Positions 11,866-25,130 of a stretch of 64,000 bases of DNA are shown here, one piece after another. The notes under the pieces are model-generated. The model did no database searches. It worked only from the letters and a program-made list of their open reading frames with translations, and was not told the DNA's origin. The DNA is from Lama guanicoe. Lineage: Eukaryota. Position numbers and translations under genes: made by a program. Every line of letters begins with the position of its first letter. Position 1 is the stretch's first letter. The DNA lies in the NCBI GenBank assembly GCA_013239625.1, contig MU056134.1, positions 7,591,007 to 7,655,006 of the forward strand. Reading direction: 5' to 3'.

Positions 11866-13229
11866 CCTAATGCTAATGCTCTGTGACCTGGGGGGGTCCA
11901 TGGACCTCCCTGGGACTTCGTTCCACCTCCCTTCCTTCCTTGTTTACGTATTTAAAAACCCTGGGGATAGTAGTAGAAATATTTTCTATGTTTGGAGGCG
12001 GAGGCCGGGGGCGTCCTGGTCAGCCTAGACTGCTTTACTGTCCAAAGTTTGTACCCCTTGTTGAGTCTCTACAGAGGGCAGAAGAGAGAGTTTCAGACCA
12101 GTCACTGCCCCGTCCCAGCAGGCTCTGCCAGGCCAGACCCTCCTTCCTCTCCATCCACATGAAACCTTCTCTCCAGCCTGCTAAGTGGAAGCCTGTTGAC
12201 CGTTGCCCTTAGATTTCACACTAACCAGACACTGATCTCATTTACAACTTTTCCTGTCCGCAGTATTTTTCTTTTTTTTAAATCAGTAAACGAATTCATT
12301 GCAAAATCAATTGGTTACAAAATATCTTACCTTTATCTCCTACCCAAACCCCTAGGTTGGCAAGTTGCTTCCATTAAAAGGAACAAACCCTCTAGTATTT
12401 ACATTTTGAGAAGATAAGCCTGCATACTGATCATGGAGCTAATTGTGTGATAATGAGCCCATTTCCTCATCTCGGTCCCCTCTCACCTAAATGGAGACTT
12501 CCCTGGCTCCTCTCCCTGTGGGGAACTAGCCCTGCACCCCGCTCCCGCCCTCTCCCTGCATTGCTTCCAGAATTGCCTTTCTGAAATGCAAATCTGAGCG
12601 TATCAATCTCATATATTCTGTTTAAAATTCTTCTCTGGTGCACCATTATCTCACAGGGGTCTCAAACCCACAGGAGCAGCACTGAGCCTGCGTGAATGGG
12701 TTTCGTTTGGACCACGTAGGACTTTAAACATTTTCATCAGGATGCTGCTGGGCTCTGGTTGGCCAGTGGCCTTACTGTCCCTACCTGCTCCTACCTGGCT
12801 ACTCCTTACACTGCCTGTCTAAGCCCTAAAGCCAACTTCATTTGCAATCCTGAACTAAGGCTGAATTGTCCCAATGAAACCTCCTTTTCACTACCTGAGC
12901 ATCTCTGCAGCACCTCTGAGCAACTCTACCCACCTGAGCGGTTTCAGGAAGACCATGACCACCTTCTGTTTATGGAGCACCAGGCCCCTGCGAAGCACTT
13001 TACAGGCATCATTCAATAATGCCATTCGAGGGAGGATGCTAAGATCAAGGAGATTAGGGCTTGCCCAAGGTCTGAAAGCCAAGAAATGGCCGTGTCAGAA
13101 CCTGGGTTCAAGTGCTGGGTCCAGAGCCTGTGCTTCCCACCCCTAGACCACACACCCCTCCTTTTCCAGGCTGGGAAGGGGCCTGCCCTCTGTTGGAAGC
13201 TCATCACACAGAGATGCCAACCCTCTTCT

Positions 13230-14480
13230 CTTGTCCCCTTTTCCCCTAGACTTCTACATCAGCCCGCTCCTGGTTTTCCTGACTGTCCCCACGCATCCTC
13301 CTTCACTGGCTCCTCTCCTTCCTGATTCCTGAATGCTGCGATGCCCAGTCCCTAGGATTCAGTTCCCCATTCACCTCTGTCTACACCTCCTCTTGACATG
13401 ACCCCACCCAGTCCCAGGCCACTTCCTCCCACCATTCCACTGATGACTCCCCAGATCCCTCTCTCTTGTCCTGACCTTCCCCTGAGCACCAGGCTCATGT
13501 GTGCACTGCCTACTAGGATGCCCAGTCCTTATTTCAGCCTTAACATGTCTGTGATGTTGAGTTCTGCCTGCCCCCTATACACATACCTCTCTCATCTCCC
13601 AAAGCCACTCCCCCCCAGCTCTTCCCTTCTTGGTGCATCACGCCAGCATCGGCCCAGTTGCTCAGGCTCCCACAGCCCAGGAGTTAATCTTAAGTCTTCC
13701 TTTTATCACACTGCCACCCAATCCAACATCAAGTCTCCTTGGATCCACCTTCAGCGTATCCCAGATTGGTCTACGCTCATCGCCTGCATCATCAACACCC
13801 TAGTCCAGACCCCAGCATCTCTCATCCCCAGAATTACATCTGTATCCCAACTTGTCTTCCCGCCTCCATTCTTATCCAGAATGATCTTCTCAGAGAGTAT
13901 ATTAATTCATGGCCCTCCCATGCCTTTTAAACACTCTAATGGCTTCTTGTGGTCCTGCGAGTAATCTCCATCTTCAGCCCAGCCTGCAAGGCTTGCAATA
14001 CTTTAGCCCACGTCTACCTCTCCAACAGCAGCTCACACCACTCGCTCCCTCTTCTTTCTGCTCAAGACACATGGGCCTTCTTTTTATCTCTCAAACAGCC
14101 AAGTTCATTCTCGTCTCAGAGCCCTTGCATGGTGTCCCTTCCACCTGGGACACTCTCTCCTAGATAGTCCCCTGGTTACATCCCTTGATCATCTAAATGT
14201 CACCTCTTCAGACAGGCCTTCCTGACTACAGAAGCTGAAATCATCTTGCCAACAGCCCTCTCCATCACTCTGTAACCTAGTTCAGAATCTTTATTACCAT
14301 CTAAAATTACTATTTGTTTACATTGTGCCATCTGTATCCACCACCCACTTCGCCACCTCCTGGACTATAAGCCCCAGGAGAGCAGGGATTGTGCCTGTTT
14401 TGTTTGTTCACTGTGGGCCAGTGCTAACAGGGCCCAGCACACAGTAGGCCCTCAATGAATACTTGCTGAATGAATGACTG
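13230..14480 (+). mobile_element. L2 3' fragment, about 1.2 kb
   Basis: Pyrimidine-rich L2 ORF2 remnant ending cagcacacagtaggccctcaatgaatacttgctgaatgaatga. Confidence 0.75.
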
Positions 14481-14639
14481 AAGCCTTTAAGACGTGGACT
14501 GAATTCTGAAATCTGAAGTTGATTTTAGGCAAACAGTTCTTTACTGAGCACCTATTTTGTATACATAGAGAAGTATGAGGCTCTAGGGAAAATGCTTCTC
14601 ATGTCACATAAGCCCATGGGCTCTACCCTGCACAGGGCA

Positions 14640-15378
14640 GTATCACCACCCTCCTCGTTACCAGCAGCAGTATCTTCATCATCACCATCATCAGCATTAC
14701 CACCACCACCACCACCACCATCAGTCAAAATGATCATCACTGTTATCACCATCATCAGTCCTAATGATCATCATCATCACCAACACCACCACCATCATCA
14801 TCACCACCAGCAAAATGATCATCACTATTACCACCATCATCACCATTGCTGTCATCACCATCATCAGCCCTAATGATTATTATCATCACCATCACCTCCA
14901 TCATCATCACCACCATCGCCATCAATAATCATCAGAATCACCATCATCACCACCATCATCATCCATCACAATGATCGCCATCAATAATCATCAGAATCAC
15001 CATCATCACCACCATCATCATCCATCACAATGATCGCCATCAATAATCATCAGAATCACCATCATCACCACCATCATCATCCATCACAATGATCGCCATC
15101 AATAATCATCAGAATCACCATCATCACCACCATCATCATCCATCACAATGATCGCCATCAATAATCATCAGAATCACCATCATCACCACCATCATCATCC
15201 ATCACAATGATCGCCATCAATAATCATCAGAATCACCATCATCACCACCATCATCATCCATCACAATGATCGCCATCAATAATCATCAGAATCACCATCA
15301 TCACCACCATCATTATCCATCACAAGGATCATCATCATCACCATCATCACGAGAACCACCATCATCACCATCATCAGT
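14640..15378. repeat. (CAT/CAC)n low-complexity tract containing a 7 x 59-bp tandem repeat (14915-15327)
   Basis: Unit ATCGCCATCAATAATCATCAGAATCACCATCATCACCACCATCATCATCCATCACAATG starts at 14915, 14974, 15033, 15092, 15151, 15210 and 15269. Confidence 0.97.
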
Positions 15379-15394
15379 AACATACTCTCCAACA

Positions 15395-15600
15395 CGTTTA
15401 TAGTATTTTACATTGAACAAAACAAATTTTTTATACATTATCATTTTGGATTCTCAGAACTTCCCAGTGGGGGAGGTCAGTCCCTAATTTTTGTCCATGT
15501 TTTACAAATGAGGAAATTGAGCCCTGAGAGGGAAGCGACTTGCCCAAGATCACTCAGCTCCAAGGTGAAAGAGAAGTGACTCAAGTCCAGCACTTGGACT
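15395..15600 (-). mobile_element. MIR SINE
   Basis: ttttacaaatgaggaaattgagccctgagagggaagcgacttgcccaagatcac. Confidence 0.7.
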
Positions 15601-17223
15601 GTACACACAGCTCTGGCTGAACTGCCCCCCTTCATGCCAGCCTCCTTTGCCACCTGGATACCGGTGAGGCAAACCACATCCAGGACTCACACCTATTTTA
15701 ACAATTAAGAAATTGCTCCCCCCTCCCCCCGAGTCTGCACATTTTCATTCTGGCAATACTGGAGAGGGGATATAGCTTTTAAATTATAATCCGTGATCTC
15801 ATTTTATGATTGCTGAAGGGGAAACACAAATAAAAGCTTAAGGTGAGTTTGGAAGGACCTTTTTGGTTGGTTAAAGAAAAAAAAATTACAAAATTAAAAG
15901 AGTGGAAAAAAATAAATTACTAGGGACTGTTTTTACTGCATGAGTTTACAAGCTGGAGTGGAGAATTAAAAAGTTATATAGCTGGGGTGGCTAACCATGA
16001 CGTATCACAGACAAATCCTCCATATTTATAGCTTTCCCCTCTTTTTCCATCTCAAGACAGTAAGCAATCTCCTGATATAGGGTTGCCTCTCTCTGCCTGG
16101 GAACCCTGGGGGCTGTGTGCTGCTTAGCAGAGCTGTCAAGGCTGAGTACACAGCTAGGACTTGGATGTTTACCATCCCTCTGCCTGAGGGGATCACTCCC
16201 TTAATCACTTAACACCCACCGTGGGGGTGGGGTGGGGGTAAAGCACCGCCCTGTGTCAGAGCCCAGTGAGGAGAAGGAGGAAGGTTCTAAAGAAACAGAA
16301 CAGGAGTGACCAAGGTGCTATGCCAGAAGCTGTCCTCTCCACACGTTAAGTCCTCACAACTGAACAAAACCACCAACATCCCCATTTCACAGACGGATAA
16401 ACTGAGGCCCAGAGAGATTAAGCAACTTATCCAAGGTCATGCACAGTGAATCGCCTCTCAAGGTCCCGGTTTTTGAAGAGTTTAAAATTAAGCAGGGGGA
16501 AAGGAAGGCATAAAAGAATAATGATGGGAGAAATGACCGAGGGAGGAAGGGAGGGAAGGAGAAAATATTAATTGAGCATCTGTTCTGTGCCAGGCTCCAT
16601 CTGGCTGTCTTTCCGCCTCCTCACAGCCATGCTGTGGAAATGGGAGGTATTTGTGTCCATTTTTACAGATAAGGAAACCAAGGCGCCGAAAAACTAAGTA
16701 GTCAGAGTGAGTTTGGAAGCTGCATTGCTGGGATGTGAATTGACGTCTGTCTGGTTCCATTCTTCCTAGCTGGATGGCCTTGGGCAAGTTCCTCGCCCTT
16801 GCTGAGCCTGTCTCCTCGTGGAGGAAAGAGGAATAATATTCTCCACTCCCAGGCTGACTTCTCAAGCAGTGGACAGGAAAGCCCTTGGAAGACCAGATGG
16901 CTCTGCAAAACAAAGTCTCCTCCAACACCCTGCTCACAGGCCGGCAGAGCAGGGCTGCTCTCTCACTGTCTAGGGATGAGGGCCCTGAGGCCCAGGGAGC
17001 CTAGGAGCTAATACAGGAGACTGAAGCCTAGCCTCATGCCTCCTGCAGTGGTTCCCCGACATTCCCTGATAGGAGGGAACCTCACTGGGGAGAAGGTCAG
17101 ACATAAACAGGTACATATTACTCACCGAAAAATCTAAACAGGGAAACAATTGGCCCTGGATCTCAAGGTCATGTGAGAAGGTGCAGTCTCCTAGAAGCTC
17201 ACACTAAGGAAGACTGCATACAT

Positions 17224-17394
17224 TAGTGATTCCAGAGAATCTCAACTCCTGCTAAAAAATACCCATGTCTGAGCTCTACCTCAAGCCAGTGAAATCAGAA
17301 TCTCCAGGAATGGAGCTTGGGGCTTGAGTAATTTTTTTAAATTAAAAAGTTACCCCAGGTGATTCTAATGTGCAGCCAGGGTTGAGAAATACTG
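17224..17394. mobile_element. MER5-family hAT MITE
   Basis: gaaatcagaatctccagg...ccccaggtgattctaatgtgcagccagggttgagaaatactg terminus. Confidence 0.75.
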
Positions 17395-19659
17395 ATTTAT
17401 GATCTCCTTTATTTTCCAGATGGGGACCAGAGGCTCAGAGAGGGACAGCTAAGGGCCCAGGGTTGCTCAGCAATCCCTGGTCGAGTTTAGACTCTAGTCT
17501 TATGGTTCCCAGCTTGGGACCTTTCACTCTGGTCCTACGGGCCAGATCATCCTGGTGTCCCCTGGTGCCTGAGAGACAGACACCGCCAAACCCCCACCGT
17601 CCCAGTTCCCTTCCCCACTTTAGCACTGCACGTCCCTAGAGAGAGGCCTGGCCATCTAGGCGGCCTGAACTGAATCATAACCCACAAGCCTGCACCTGGG
17701 CTGGTCTACACACTGCAAAATGAAGTGGGGAACTGAGGCAATTATCTAATGTATTAGCTAGCCTGTCCCTGCGGCACTCCGGCGAGCCAAAGCAATAAAT
17801 ACAAAACAGTAATTTCCCTCTAGAAGCCTGGCTCCAGCCTCCCACTCAATTCCCCTCCCACCCCGAGGTCGTATACCATCGCCTGGTTGTGCTCTCCTGC
17901 CCGGGGAGGCGGTAACTCGGAGTTATTTAAATATATTGGGCCAAACTTGCTTTTCAAAACCTGAATCATCATACAATAACCTCAGTTCTCCTCTGTGGCT
18001 TTCTAGTCTGGCCAGGGCAGGTTTTTCTAGCCTTTAGAAGAAAGTAATAAAATTGCCCTACAGGTATAATTAATGCCTACCAGTGGCTAACATCTCTGTG
18101 TGTGTTGTGGACTAGGATCGGCCTTGGGAAGGGAAGATTTAAGTTGTAGCTGAGACTCAGCCCCTTACTAGCTTTGTGACCTTGAACAAGTCCCTGTTAT
18201 GTGCCTAGGATCTGCAACTTCACTCCTTAGACAACTCCTTAAGAGTTGTCGTCCGCATCCCAACGGAGAATGCGTGTGAAACTCTTGCATAGACTTCGGT
18301 ATTATCTTTCACGGTCCTACAGCTGGCACACGGGGCAAAGCCAAGGCTTAAACCCAGAGCCCTTACTCTTCGCCACTGCGTGTTCGAGAGTCTCCAGGCA
18401 TCACCGGCTGAATGCAGCCCAGGCGAGGAAGGACCTAATTCTTCCTAGCTTGTTGGCCTGGGGAAGGGGAGACGATGAGGAAGCTGAGTCTGGAAGGATG
18501 AGGAGGAACTTCCTAGGGAGACAAGAGGGTTGCAGGGCCTTTCGGACCAAGGACACAGTGTAAGCAAAAGCTTGGGAGGACACGGCAGACGCAAGGAACA
18601 CATGGTGTGCGGGGTGAGAGTCTGGAGCTCACCTGGGTGCTCCAGGTTTTCGTCCTGCCATGGGGAGTCACGTGGTAACTCTGAGCAGGACAGAGTCTCA
18701 GAACAAAGATAACAAATGGCTAGCCCAGGTTTTTAGCGCTAAACTGGAGAGGCCATTGAGAGGTATTGCCTGCTGTCTGGCTACAGGATATACAGGGGCG
18801 AGGAGACTGAATTGATGACTTAGAATGGATTCTGAGGTCCTTAAAGCCCCGCATAGTATCTGGTGCACAGAAAGCACACAATAAGGTCGTGAATGAGTAG
18901 ACGAATCCGAGAGTCACTGAATGAAGAAAAGAAGGAGCAAACGAAAGAATGACTAAAATAACAAACAAGGGTATGAATGAGTGAATCCAATGAATAGGCC
19001 CAGGCGTGGCCTGGAAGCGGCCTTAGCAATTCTCACTGATGGCCTTGCGGCAACAAAAGCGCAGGCTTCTGGCTGCGTTACCTAGAAGTGCCCTGTTACC
19101 AGCACGACTCCCTCACATTGAAGGCTGCTCCCACTAAGGAGCAACACGCTGCACAGAGACAAAGACTGATTACTGCGATCAAGGGAGAGGCCGTCCTTCC
19201 TGGATTCACACTCTCAGGACACGTCCGCTGACATCCACAAAGTGAGGAAAGGGTGCAGAAAGACCTCGTACTGGCTCCTGCTGGCGGGGAGCTCACCTGG
19301 GAGGCCTGTGACCCCACTGCCATCTCTCCATTGACACGGTCTCCCTAAACGACCAGTCATTTCAGTAGCATATACAGACAGAGGAAAGAGCTACCCTAAG
19401 GAGGCGCTTCCCCGTCTCGGTGCCGTCTGCCTCTCTAAGCAGAAGCAGCAGCCTGAAGGTCCAGCCTGGGAGCAGCAGCTTTGCTCCTCGGGGCGGGATG
19501 CTGGACAAGGTGGCCCCTCCCGGAACTCTGTTCAAAAGGGACGATTGTTGTAACACAGACTGAGGGGTCAGGGATGACAGGCACCCAGGTGTGTCGGGGA
19601 CCAGAGGTCCTTCCTTCTCTCTTACTCCACGCTGCCTTTCCCTCCTGCCTTGTATGCCC

Positions 19660-19810
19660 CTGCTATTCCGAATGTGGGCTGTGCACCAGCAGCGGCAGCG
19701 TTCCTTGGGAGGTCGTCAGAAATGCACAATGTCAGGTCCCACCTACTGAACCAGAACCCGTATCGTAGCAATGTCCCCAGGGGACTCTCGCGCACGTGAA
19801 ACTTACTGAC
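19660..19810. mobile_element. MER5A1-like hAT MITE
   Basis: ccagcagcggcagc..tgggaggtcgtcagaaatgca...cctactgaaccagaa motifs. Confidence 0.6.
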
Positions 19811-19984
19811 ATTTAGAAACTCTGCCTGGAGGTGACCCAGACAACTGTAAGCTGAGGATTCTACTCCCTGATCAGGTTTCACCAAACCCTCCAGGGAAGA
19901 CTTCCCCCAGGAGGTGACAGTGACATTGAGACCCGCAGAAGGGCACAGTTTGAGTCACCACCATGGGCAGGGGGAAGTATCAGA

Positions 19985-20140
19985 GTAGGAATCAGGACTG
20001 ACCTGGCTCTGGCACTAGTTGGATGACTTTGGGCAAGTGAGTTCTCCTCTATGAGCCTTAGTTGTCCCATCTGTAAAATGGGAACAGCACTGTTTGCTTT
20101 TCTGTCACATGGTTATCATGAAGATGAACAGAGGTAAAAG
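19985..20140 (+). mobile_element. MIR SINE
   Basis: tgactttgggcaagtgagttctcctctatgagccttagttgtcccatctgtaaaatggg. Confidence 0.7.
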
Positions 20141-20904
20141 ATGGGCAGCCCCTCTCCGAAACACAAAGCCAGCTGAAGGAGCCCACGCTCAGTGTGGACA
20201 ACCAGCCATCCTGACCTAACACTTTAGAGGCTGAAGAAGGAAAAGCCACGTGAACGCCAAAGGTGGAAGACCTTGCCTTCAGGAAGATGAATCGGGAAGG
20301 AACGTGGTGCCGATGAACCAGGATGTGGCACTCCAACGGAAGGACCTGGCCCCATCGGTCTCACGGAGCTGCCCTCCGACGGGGACTTGCTATTGGATTC
20401 CTGGAACTGTGGGTTTTTTCCCACTCACTTGGAGTTCTTCTTTAAAGGAGACTTCAGCCTAAGGACCCAAGGCTACATTGCATTAGCATTCCAGAGGTCA
20501 GTATTTCCACAGCTGCTAGAATCACGTTGTTCTCTAACATTGTGTGGGTGAGCGAGGCAGCTACATTTTGGAAGGAGCCAGATGTACCCGCAGCACAAAG
20601 AACAGGAGAATGGAGCTCCTGGAGCTGAATTTCCAGGGGTGGAGGAAGGAGGCAGAGCCCCCTCCCCCGGGCTTCAGCTTGCTATTCCCTCTGTGGGGAA
20701 TGCTGTTCCCGGATCCTTGCCTGGCTTCCCCTTCTCATCCCCCAGTCTCAGCAAAGATGTCATCTCCTCAGAGAAGCAATCTTTCCCCGCCACTCTCAGC
20801 ACGTGCCCTTCACTGATTGCCTTCACAGCATTTATTAATATTGGAAACAGTCTTGCTCATTAGTCTGTTGATTTGGATGTTATCTGTGCCTCCTCCCCCT
20901 GTAA

Positions 20905-21070
20905 CCCAGAATGTTTTCCTAAAATTCTCAATCACCTGGGGTTGTGTCTTCAAAGACAGATTGCTGGACCTCTTCCGCACAAATTCTGATTCAGCAGTTC
21001 TGGGTTGGAGCTGGGGATTTTGAGACCCGCCCTCCCAGTGATTCTGATCTTCGTGGAGATCATTTGGGGA
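20905..21070. mobile_element. MER5-family hAT MITE
   Basis: aatcacctgggg...cagattgctgg...aattctgattcagcagttctgggttgg...cccagtgattctgat. Confidence 0.6.
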
Positions 21071-24000
21071 GCTCCAGAGGGTGAGCGCCATTGTGGAAGG
21101 ACCGCACCTGTGTCCCTCGGTGCCCCACGTCTAGTGTCATTCCCCACCCAAGTGGGCTCTCGCTAACTCTCCCTGGAATGAATTAATAACCGAATGAGCC
21201 GCATACAATTTGATGGTACCAACCCTCGGTCCCATTTTGGCGATTCGGTATTCAGATGGGGAACTTATTACCCAGGAAAAATGATCATCGGAGCTGAGGC
21301 AGCCAAAGGCGGAGCCAGGGACAGCCCCGCCCTCAGGGAGGTGCTAGTCACCCGCTGATGAGGGAAACTGAGTTTTTGCGGAGGATTACAATAAAAAACC
21401 GAGAAGGGAGAGGACCACCAGCCCGGCATGAACAAAGCGAGCGTCGGGGAGTCAAAGGCTGAGCCCCTTGCTTTCCAGGTGGTTTTCATGGAGGAGTGGC
21501 CAGAGATAACTTCAGAAGAGATGGGTTTTGTTTTTTTTTTCAAGCGGTACTTTCGTTGTGTTGTCCGTATTTGTTTGTGATCAATTATACATACATATGG
21601 TTAAAAATACGTGGTTTGTAGTCCAAACTGCAGTAAAAGGCGCAGACCGAAAGAAGAGAGATGGCTTAAGAGACAGAGAAGGCAGATCAAGGGTCTCGGG
21701 GAAGGGAACAGCCTGAGCGAGGGCATGGACGCTGGAAACTTCCTTAATAAAGATCAGCAGCTCTTCAGTGACTTGGCTTTATGACTCAGGGCCATGAACC
21801 CCTGACTCCGTCAGTCAAGGGGTTAGATAGTTTCCTACATCATTGGCTGGTTAAGATTCCTGGAGCACAGGGTGGGAGAGGGGAGGAATGGGGACAGGGC
21901 AGGGCACTGGTGAGGGTGGGAGTGAGGCAGCCAGGGGTCGATATAAATTAAATATTGAAAGTGCTATCCTTTAAGAGCATGATATGCAGGTCCTCATCAC
22001 CGCTCCCCCCCAGTTAACCTTGTGAGCCTCGGTTTTCTCACCTGTAAAATAGGCATAACTGCCCTGTACTGAGAGTATTGTCATAAGGGTTGAAGAAACA
22101 AACGTGAGGCACAGAGCCTGGTGCATAGTAGGTCTTCCTCTGTTTTCATTCCATTCTCCCTTGTCCTACCTCCTGGCATCAACCATTATATGCAGCTTGC
22201 TAGAAATGCCTTTCCAGAGACCTCAGCCGACCCCGGCGCCGCCATTTATTTATAAATGTCACTTTGGGCAAGCTTCCGTTTGTTCTCTGAGTTCTTCCTT
22301 GTCACCGCACTGGTGGTGCCACAGCGCGGAGAGCTGTGATGACATTCCAGACCCTCCAAGTCACACCCAGCACACCGCGGCGCCTACTCAGTGCCTTCCC
22401 GTTCCCTTCTCTGCTGAGTATCACAGCCCACCTAACCCAGCTCCTCGGCCACAGCCAGAGCGAAGCCGCTCTCGCCTCTCCAGACACCTGGCAAAGGAAA
22501 ACCAGAGCCCGAGACACCCAGCCCCGGCCAGCATTTTAAAAACACAACTTCCTTGGATGTGAAAAATGCAGTTGCGTTTCCTTGGCTGGTTTAAAATATT
22601 TGATGCTCATGGAATATTCAACAACAACAAAAAAAGGTTCTCCCTCCATGTACTGTCAAAATGTAATGTAATTATAGCGATGTTAAATATCCCCAGCTGT
22701 TCTGAGATATTTGAATCTGAAATCAAGCTTGCCTCTGCATATCCTGGGGTTGCAGCTGGAGACCCACACCAAGCACCATCCCAAAGCTGGGGAAGTTCAA
22801 GCAGGAACTCTGGGCTCGAGGCTCCGAGCTTGTCTGTTAGATCTGGGCTTCAGCCCAGCACTGGTATAGGGACCCCCAACCCGGCAGTATCGCCAAAGAG
22901 AGCCATGTTCCTCAACAGGGCTGTGCAAACTGGCAGGTCATAAGCGTCTATCCAAATAGTCTCTCAAATCCATGTGCAGGGAGCATAAAGAGATAGTGTA
23001 AAATAAACGGTAATAAAGTGAATAAACACACGTCTCACTCCAGAGCCTTTGAGGTGCTTCTATAAATCAAATTCTTGCCATAATTTGCTCTGCGAGACTG
23101 TGCTGAGAAGCAGAATCAAACCTCATCTGCTTTCCTGAGCAGTNNNNNNNNNNNNNNNNNNNNNNNNNNNNNNNNNNNNNNNNNNNNNNNNNNNNNNNNN
23201 NNNNNNNNNNNNNNNNNNNNNNNNNNNNNNNNNNNNNNNNNNNNNNNNNNNNNNNNNNNNNNNNNNNNNNNNNNNNNNNNNNNNNNNNNNNNNNNNNNNA
23301 TCAGAAGGGGACGTCCAGCATACATATTCCGGAAAAAGAGTAAGTTCACAGAGAAAGCAACAGAGACTGCTGGGATATTAAAGCTTCAGCACAGATATCC
23401 TCCGAGTCTGTTTCCAGCTTCCCACTGACTTTCAGCATGACCTTGAGCCACTCAGCCTCCATCTTTGGTTTTTAATTTGGGTCAGGGGACTAAAGAAACT
23501 AAAGAACCTTTTCGGTTCTGACCTACCCATAAGACGACATAAGTGCTCCTGGCTAGAGCAGTGATGATGTGAAGCAGGCCACACTGTTTTTCCGGGACGT
23601 GGAAGTCTTTCTGGAGAGAAGTGAGAGGTGTTATCATCTTGATGAGGATGAAGATGATAGGAGCAACTCCCGTTTTCCTAACACCTGCACATCTGCGCTT
23701 TGACTTTCCAGAGCGGAGGGGTGCTTGCTGTATTTGTTTCAAGTTTTATCCCCCAGGGACTAGACCATGGCTGGCTTTCAGCACATCATTTTTGAACGGA
23801 TTATTGTATTACCTTTAGGTTTCGTAACAATACTGCAAGGAAGGTCTGATCTCTGTTTTACCAATAAGGAAAGAGAGTCTCGATGAAGGTAAACAACTTT
23901 CCCCAACGGCCACCCTGTGGATACCAGGCAGACCTGGGATTTGAACTAGAGTCCGTCTGACTCCTGAAGCCACATACTTCCTTTTCCCCCCAGCCACACC

Positions 24001-24217
24001 TTTCTAGTTTCAGGGGCCCCAATTCTCAAGCCAGCATGGATGTTAAGCATGGAGAACATAATTCCACGTGGACTATGTTTGAACTGAGGTGCATGTTTGT
24101 TTTGGATTCTTTGATTTTCATGGTTTGGGGATAGGCCCTGATCCAACCCTACCCAGCCTGGTTTACTCTGTGGGGTCAGGTGTGTAACAGAGAGTGTTTT
24201 GTACAAATAACAAGGCT

Positions 24218-24718
24218 TGCATTAGTTTTCTGTTGCTGCTGTAACAAATTCCCACGACCTGAGTAGCTTCAAACAACACAGATGTATCAGCGTATAGTTC
24301 TAGAGGTCAGGAAGCTAAAATCAAGGTGTCAGCAAGGCCGCGTTCCATCTGGAAGCTCTTGGGGAGAATCTGTTTTCTTGCCTCTCCCAGGCTCTAGAGG
24401 CCACCTGCTTTCTTTGGCTCATGGCCCCTCCCTCCATCTCAAAGCCATTAACGTAGTGTCTTCAAATGTCTCTCTGACTCTCTGGCCTCTGCTTTCATGG
24501 TGATATCTTTTATGACTCTGACCCTCCTGCCTCTCTCTTATGAGGACCCTTGTGATGACATCGGGTCCACTCGATGATCCAGGATAATCTCCCCATCTCA
24601 AAACCCCCTAACTTAATCACATCGGCAGTGTTCCTTCTGCCATGCAAAGTAATGGAATCACACATTCTGGGGATGAGGACGTGGACATCTTTGAGGGACC
24701 ATTACTCAGCCTACCACA
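24218..24718 (-). mobile_element. MaLR solo LTR, MLT1D-like (501 bp)
   Basis: The reverse complement begins TGTGGTAGGCTGAGTAATGGTCCCTCAAAGATGTCCACGTCC and ends ...ACAGAAAACTAATGCA, with TG..CA termini and typical MLT1 internal motifs. Confidence 0.88.
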
Positions 24719-25002
24719 TGGCCTTTACAGTTTGGGTACAGTTTGGTTTGATTGACACCCTGGCTGGGCCATGGCTTCTCTGTGTGGCAGGAAAGGCTGC
24801 CCCTAGAAGAATGGTGCTCCTGCTATGCACATCCTCCTCGGTTCCCTGGGGAACCCAGGACTCCTCCCCCAGGCACCCTTCCAGGACAGGATGCTCCACT
24901 CCACATGCATTATTAGGGACACGAGGAGTCAGACATGACTGAGAGAGTCCGTGCACGCATCCCTCCTTCTCCACATTCATGGGACTTCAAGGAGCCTACA
25001 GC

Positions 25003-25130
25003 CTTGCCTCTCAAAGTGTGGTCCAGGGGCCAGCAGCATCTGCATCTCCTGAGAGCTTATTAGAAATGCATATCTCAGGCCCCATCCTAGACCTACCGAA
25101 TCAGGACCTCTGTGTCAGGCCCAGGAACCT
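25003..25130. mobile_element. MER5A-like hAT MITE fragment
   Basis: ctcaaagtgtggtcc...cagcagcatc...gagcttattagaaatgca...agacctaccgaatcag. Confidence 0.65.

Noticed and set aside
14592-14873. Poly-His/poly-Pro ORF (93 aa)
   Set aside because: A by-product of the (CAT/CAC)n repeat; no splice or coding context.
14915-15327. CRISPR-like regular array
   Set aside because: Units are head-to-tail with no unique spacers, there are no cas genes, and the context is mammalian. It is a VNTR.
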